Positions 59,851 through 64,000 of a stretch of 64,000 nucleotides of DNA are shown one piece after another (positions within the stretch are counted from its first letter, which is position 1; the number at the start of each line of letters is the position of its first letter). Made by a program: the position numbers and the translations under genes. Origin of the DNA: Myxococcota bacterium (GTDB taxonomy: Bacteria > Myxococcota_A > UBA9160 > UBA6930); the NCBI GenBank assembly GCA_965223705.1, contig OZ245015.1, forward strand, positions 2,464,001 to 2,528,000, in the 5' to 3' direction. The notes under the pieces were generated by a model. The model did no database searches. It was not told where the DNA came from and was given only the letters and a program-made list of their open reading frames with translations.

Positions 59851-61524
59851 ATGAAATTTCGCATCCTCGCCCTCGTTCTCGTGTTGGTCGCCGGCTCGGT
59901 GTCGGCCTGGTGGTTCGGCGGCAAGCCGCTCCCCTCGGCCATCGCCGGGCCCCTGCCCCTCGTGATCGCTCCCGAGATTCTCGAGTTCGAGAACATCCGG
60001 GTCGGCACGAGTGACAAGCAACTCGTATCGCTGACGAACATCGGGGAAGAGATCCTCGAGCTGACCGAGCTCGAACTCGAGGGGCCCTTCTCCGCTTTCC
60101 TCGGCCCGAAGAGTGTCTTCCTCGACTCCGGGGAGACGCAGTTTCTGGCAATCACGTTTACACCGACGGAAGAAGGCCAAACCGAAGGGAGCATCGCCAT
60201 TCGCGACGCGCAGAGCCGGGAAGCTTCATCCGCGCTCACGGGGACCTCACCGACACCCCACGACGTCGCCTTGTGGCCTCGCTCTATCCGCTTCGGCGAT
60301 GTGTCCGTGGGCAATGACGCGACGGCCCTCCTCACCATCGAGAACCGCGGGTCCTTGCCGTTCACGCTTCCGGAGCTCGCTCTCGCCGACGGCTTTCATC
60401 TCGAGCCCCTGACGGCCCCGCTCGCGCCCGGTGCGCGCGAGACGGTGAAGGTACGCTTCTCGCCGCTTTCCGAAGGTCGCCACGACGGAGAACTCCTCCT
60501 GCGCGACGACGTCTTCGACCGCGACCTCGCCGTTGTCAGCTTGGCCGGTGACGGCATCGACTTCGAACTCGACGTCGCGTTCGGCGCTGCGCCACAACAC
60601 CTGGACTTCGGAACCGTCCCGCTGGGCTCCGCACGCAAAGGCTGGCTCACGTTGTCGAACAGTGGACGCGATCCGGTGACGCTCACGTCCGTGGCGGTAC
60701 CCGAAGGTTTTTCGGCGCCCGAGGGCAGCCGCGTCATCGGCGCCGGGTCAAAGCTCAGCTACCCGATCACGTTCCGGCCTACGAAGGGCGGCGACCACGC
60801 GGGCCTGGTGCAGTTCGCGACGAACACCCCGGGCGGAGATCCGGTGGGAGTCGCGCTCGCGGCGATCGGCGGCGCACTCGAAGGTTCGGGCGCCGAACCG
60901 CAGACGGCCGACTCCCGCTCAGACGCACCCACGCGCAAGAACCGCTTCGGCTTCTTCGGCACGAACGGCGAAGTGAGCTCCACCGCGGACGTGGCGAGCC
61001 TCGAGCCCGAGTTCCTCGAGCCGGTGGGTGAGGTTCCGGAAGAGTTCGGCGAAGCCGGCGACGGGCCCGTCCTCGGCCAGGGGACCTTCGCCGAGGGCAG
61101 CGACCTCGAGTTCATCGGTCTGCATGCCGACGTCGCGGACGTGCACGTCGGTGAGATTCTCGTGGACCGGCAGTCCGGCCGCGTGGAGCTCAACGACCTG
61201 CAACTCCCGAAAGTGCTCGGGCCCTTCCACGAGTGGTGGCAGGTCGTACCTACGGATGCCTTCGGGACCGTGAATGAACTGGGGGATATCGACGTCACGA
61301 TCCCCATCCAGATCGTCGACGCGGTCGGGATGGTCGTCGATTCGGAAATCCGGCTGACCACAGGGGTCTCCGAGCTGCGCGACGGCGACGAAATCCTTCA
61401 GATGTCGGGCCAGCCGCTCGATGCAAGTGGAGCGGCAAAACTCGTTTCAGTAACCATGGTCCCCTCGGGTCATCTCAAAGGGGGCGTCATGAGGGTGAAC
61501 TTCAATGTACTCGTTAACCAGTAA
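59851..61524 (+). CDS. Exported protein with three choice-of-anchor-D/ASH-type Ig-like repeats
   Basis: Repeated LxFGxVxVG...LxNxG...FxP units; N-terminal hydrophobic anchor. Confidence 0.78.
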   Translation: MKFRILALVLVLVAGSVSAWWFGGKPLPSAIAGPLPLVIAPEILEFENIRVGTSDKQLVSLTNIGEEILELTELELEGPFSAFLGPKSVFLDSGETQFLAITFTPTEEGQTEGSIAIRDAQSREASSALTGTSPTPHDVALWPRSIRFGDVSVGNDATALLTIENRGSLPFTLPELALADGFHLEPLTAPLAPGARETVKVRFSPLSEGRHDGELLLRDDVFDRDLAVVSLAGDGIDFELDVAFGAAPQHLDFGTVPLGSARKGWLTLSNSGRDPVTLTSVAVPEGFSAPEGSRVIGAGSKLSYPITFRPTKGGDHAGLVQFATNTPGGDPVGVALAAIGGALEGSGAEPQTADSRSDAPTRKNRFGFFGTNGEVSSTADVASLEPEFLEPVGEVPEEFGEAGDGPVLGQGTFAEGSDLEFIGLHADVADVHVGEILVDRQSGRVELNDLQLPKVLGPFHEWWQVVPTDAFGTVNELGDIDVTIPIQIVDAVGMVVDSEIRLTTGVSELRDGDEILQMSGQPLDASGAAKLVSVTMVPSGHLKGGVMRVNFNVLVNQ

Positions 61525-62029
61525 GCTCCTGTTCTTTCTCACACTTTGCGCTTTCTCGACGCTGCCCGCGGGCGCAGCGGAAGTGGACGCGGCGGTGCTC
61601 AAGGGCGTCGACGTCTCGCTCAAAGATCGCGCTACGGCCTACTGGACGGCGCGTGCGAGCCGCTCGGGAGACGTCATGCGCTTCTATGCCCCGGTCGAGA
61701 AAGGTGGCCCCAAGCGCTCTCGGGACGTCTCCGAGTTCGGGAATGTCGGATTCAAGGCGTTCGAGATCAAGAAAGCTCGGGAGAACGGAGAGTTCGGGTT
61801 GGTGACGATCGAAGTGCAGACGGACTTGCGCGGGCTCCCGCTACCCCAGAAGTTCCGGACGCAGCTGGCGACCCAGACCATCGACGAAGAGTGGTTGCGC
61901 ATCGACGACGTCTGGTACAAGAAGCCGATCCCCCGCGGGTTCTCTTCGAAGAAAGCCGCCGAAGCCGCAGCTCCGGCGGAGACTCAGGCCGACGCGGCCG
62001 CGGAGGCCCCGACGAGCCAAGCCGACTGA
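61505..62029 (+). CDS. Hypothetical exported protein
   Basis: Signal peptide; EEWLRIDDVWY suggests an NTF2-like fold; Ala-rich tail. Confidence 0.65.
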   Translation: MYSLTSKLLFFLTLCAFSTLPAGAAEVDAAVLKGVDVSLKDRATAYWTARASRSGDVMRFYAPVEKGGPKRSRDVSEFGNVGFKAFEIKKARENGEFGLVTIEVQTDLRGLPLPQKFRTQLATQTIDEEWLRIDDVWYKKPIPRGFSSKKAAEAAAPAETQADAAAEAPTSQAD

Positions 62030-62072
62030 GTTCGTAGGCGAAAGCCCACCGCGGGACCAACGACCGCGGCAT

Positions 62073-62115
62073 CGAGCACCCGAGGGGATTGCCTCTCGGG
62101 TGCTTGTTTTTTTTT
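62073..62115 (+). terminator. Rho-independent terminator
   Basis: 15-bp GC-rich stem CGAGCACCCGAGGGG / CCTCTCGGGTGCTTG (two G-U pairs) followed by T9. Confidence 0.88.
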
Positions 62116-62258
62116 GGAAAGTGCCACACATTTGCATGTGCCGTAGCCAAAATACGGCGTGGAAGGTGCTCACGGTAGACGCCCTCCGGGCTTAACCACA
62201 CGCCCAACGCAAGTACGATGCAAGTAATGCAGTGCACAACCAAAAGGAAACAATCAGG

Positions 62259-63380
62259 ATGCTGAAACTTACACGGCTGGCCGCGATCGTATTCGCGACC
62301 TTCCTCTTTAGCGGCACCAGCCACGCCGCCCTCGATCTGATGGATCACTCAGCGACGGGAAGCATTGTCTCGACGCCCTGGCTCGCGACAGGCGAGCGGG
62401 TCACCGTCGTGACGCTCACCAACGCCCTCGCGGACCCGATCACCGTTCACTGGACGGCGCTCAACAACAAGTGGCAGGGCATCGACTTCGACTGCCCGCT
62501 TTCGCCGATGGAGACGACCTACTTCGTCTTTGAGTCGAACAACGCGGGTGGCGCGAAGATCACGTACGAGTGCAGCGATATCTCCCAGAGCAATCTGAAT
62601 ATCGTGCGCACGCAGTTCATTCCGGGTGCCGACACGGAGCGCGAAGGCTTCATCGTGTTCCACGCCACCCTCGGTGCGGGCGTTCCGCCGAACCCGGCGA
62701 ACATCGTTGCCCTGATCGCTGACTTCACCGTCATCGACTTCAACCAGGGCTACGCATTCTCGGCGAACGGCTGGCACTTCCAGGTGCAGGGCAACACCCA
62801 GAACAACACGCTGCAGGTCCCGACGGTCCTCGCCTCGAGCTTCATCGCTCCCGACGACGACATCACGGCGGAGCTTCTGCTCTACACGCTCCACGGGCGC
62901 ATCGGCTGGAACTCCCCGGTCAGCATCGGCGGTCTGGCCTACGACGACGACGAGCAGCCGCTCTCGAACAGCCACAAGTACGACTGCTTCACGATCGTTT
63001 CGCTCGAGAGCATCTTCGGGCTCAGCATCTTGCGCCAGAACGGTCCCGGCGGTTTCCCGTACTTCGTGGGTCACGTGAGCCTGTTCGCACTGGTGGATCC
63101 GCTCGCGTACCTCCCGCCCTTCGGTTTCGGTCCGTTCCGGTCCGCGTCGGTGGGGTACATCATCCAGACGATCGGTGCGCTTGCGCCGGATGACGGAGCC
63201 GACTTGAACGACGGCCAGAACCTGAACGGCACGGCGGGCGGCGCGATCAACTTCGCGGACGCCTTGGCGCCTGGCCAGAAGGCCGCATGGGCTCGCAAGC
63301 TTCTGAAGACGACCATCCAGACGCCGATTTGTAACGCCCTCGACGTCACTCAGGATCCGCCGGCCGGCTGCGGCACGTGA
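62259..63380 (+). CDS. Secreted protein of unknown function (paralogue 1)
   Basis: Signal peptide ending SHA; beta-rich; no family recognised. Confidence 0.8.
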   Translation: MLKLTRLAAIVFATFLFSGTSHAALDLMDHSATGSIVSTPWLATGERVTVVTLTNALADPITVHWTALNNKWQGIDFDCPLSPMETTYFVFESNNAGGAKITYECSDISQSNLNIVRTQFIPGADTEREGFIVFHATLGAGVPPNPANIVALIADFTVIDFNQGYAFSANGWHFQVQGNTQNNTLQVPTVLASSFIAPDDDITAELLLYTLHGRIGWNSPVSIGGLAYDDDEQPLSNSHKYDCFTIVSLESIFGLSILRQNGPGGFPYFVGHVSLFALVDPLAYLPPFGFGPFRSASVGYIIQTIGALAPDDGADLNDGQNLNGTAGGAINFADALAPGQKAAWARKLLKTTIQTPICNALDVTQDPPAGCGT

Positions 63381-63521
63381 TCCACGCGTAGAAGCGGTGC
63401 CTTGACGTAAAGACAAGGCACGACGCGCACAGGAGGCCCGAGAGCGAGTCAGCATGCTCGCTCTCGGGCCCACCCTTTGATCCTCACGGCCCGCTTCAGG
63501 GCAAGCAACGAGACGACAAGC

Positions 63522-64000
63522 ATGAGACGGCTGGCATTCGCGACGTGTTTCGCAGTCCTCCTCTTTGCCCTTCCGGGCTCCGCCGCCCTCAACCTGTCGA
63601 GTCCGACGGCCGTCGGCGGCGTCGCATCAGCGCCCTGGTTCAGTGAGAACGGCCAGGTCACGATCATCACGCTCACGAACGGCAGCTCGGCGTGGACGAC
63701 CGTTCACGTCATCCTCTCGGACGCGAACTGGAAAGCGCTCGATTACGACTGCCGCCTCTCGCCAATGGAAACGACCTACTTCGTGTTCGAGGCGGCCTCG
63801 ACCGGCTCGAAAGTGACGAACGAGTGCAGCTCTGATTTCCCGGCCTGGAATCAACAGCTGAACATCGTCACGACCCGCTACATCCCCGGAGATCGGCGGG
63901 GCTTTGCGGTCTTCCAGCAGAACGTGAACGCCGACGCGCAGAACGTTCTCATCGCGGATTTCACCGTCATCGATTTCAACCGCGGGCTCAGCTATTCGGC
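63522..64000 (+). CDS. Secreted protein of unknown function (paralogue 2, runs off the window end)
   Basis: Hand translation MRRLAFATCFAVLLFALPGSAALN...DYDCRLSPMETTYFVFE...LIADFTVIDFNRG, open to the window end; absent from the ORF track. Confidence 0.85.
   Translation, partial: MRRLAFATCFAVLLFALPGSAALNLSSPTAVGGVASAPWFSENGQVTIITLTNGSSAWTTVHVILSDANWKALDYDCRLSPMETTYFVFEAASTGSKVTNECSSDFPAWNQQLNIVTTRYIPGDRRGFAVFQQNVNADAQNVLIADFTVIDFNRGLSYS

Noticed and set aside
55805..62258. Sigma54 promoters upstream of the PEP-CTERM and secreted genes
   Set aside because: No correctly spaced TGGCAC-N5-TTGC match found; only weak GG-N10-GC hits.
1..64000. Genome-wide UGA reassignment (genetic code 4 or 25)
   Set aside because: Many genes end at TGA at their natural C-terminus (e.g. 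2031, 15536, 38891, 48732), often overlapping the next start.
1..64000. CRISPR arrays, tRNA/rRNA (including tRNA-Sec), IS elements, prophage or defence genes
   Set aside because: No spaced direct repeats, cloverleaf-like sequence, transposase, integrase or nuclease motifs recognised.

Overview
High-GC, densely coding bacterial chromosomal window. PEP-CTERM proteins, a DUF481-like outer-membrane barrel, MtgA and lipoproteins point to a Gram-negative organism; the enzyme mix would fit an uncultured Myxococcota/deltaproteobacterial-type lineage, but that is inference only. About 1-55 kb is a patchwork of catabolic and redox genes: OYE-type flavin reductase, hydantoinase/oxoprolinase A+B with an amidase, three LLM oxidoreductases, SDRs, GSTs, VOC proteins, a GcvT-family dehydrogenase, GDH, an MMPL exporter and a Rieske-dioxygenase/extradiol-dioxygenase aromatic catabolic operon. 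About 55-64 kb is a cell-surface locus: two PEP-CTERM proteins flanking a TMTC-like glycosyltransferase, FG-GAP and Ig-like repeat proteins, and tandem secreted paralogues. The main hidden signal is at 27750-30070. Two head-to-head genes are each split in the ORF track by an in-frame TGA that sits at a redox-Cys position (AhpD-like C-F-Y-U-x3-H; TlpA/ResA-like W-A-S-W-U-G-C), and each TGA is followed by a bacterial SECIS-like hairpin. This is a divergent selenoprotein pair sharing a 65-bp intergenic region. I recognised no rRNA, tRNA, CRISPR array, transposase or sel machinery genes. All calls come from reading motifs by eye; no database searches were run.
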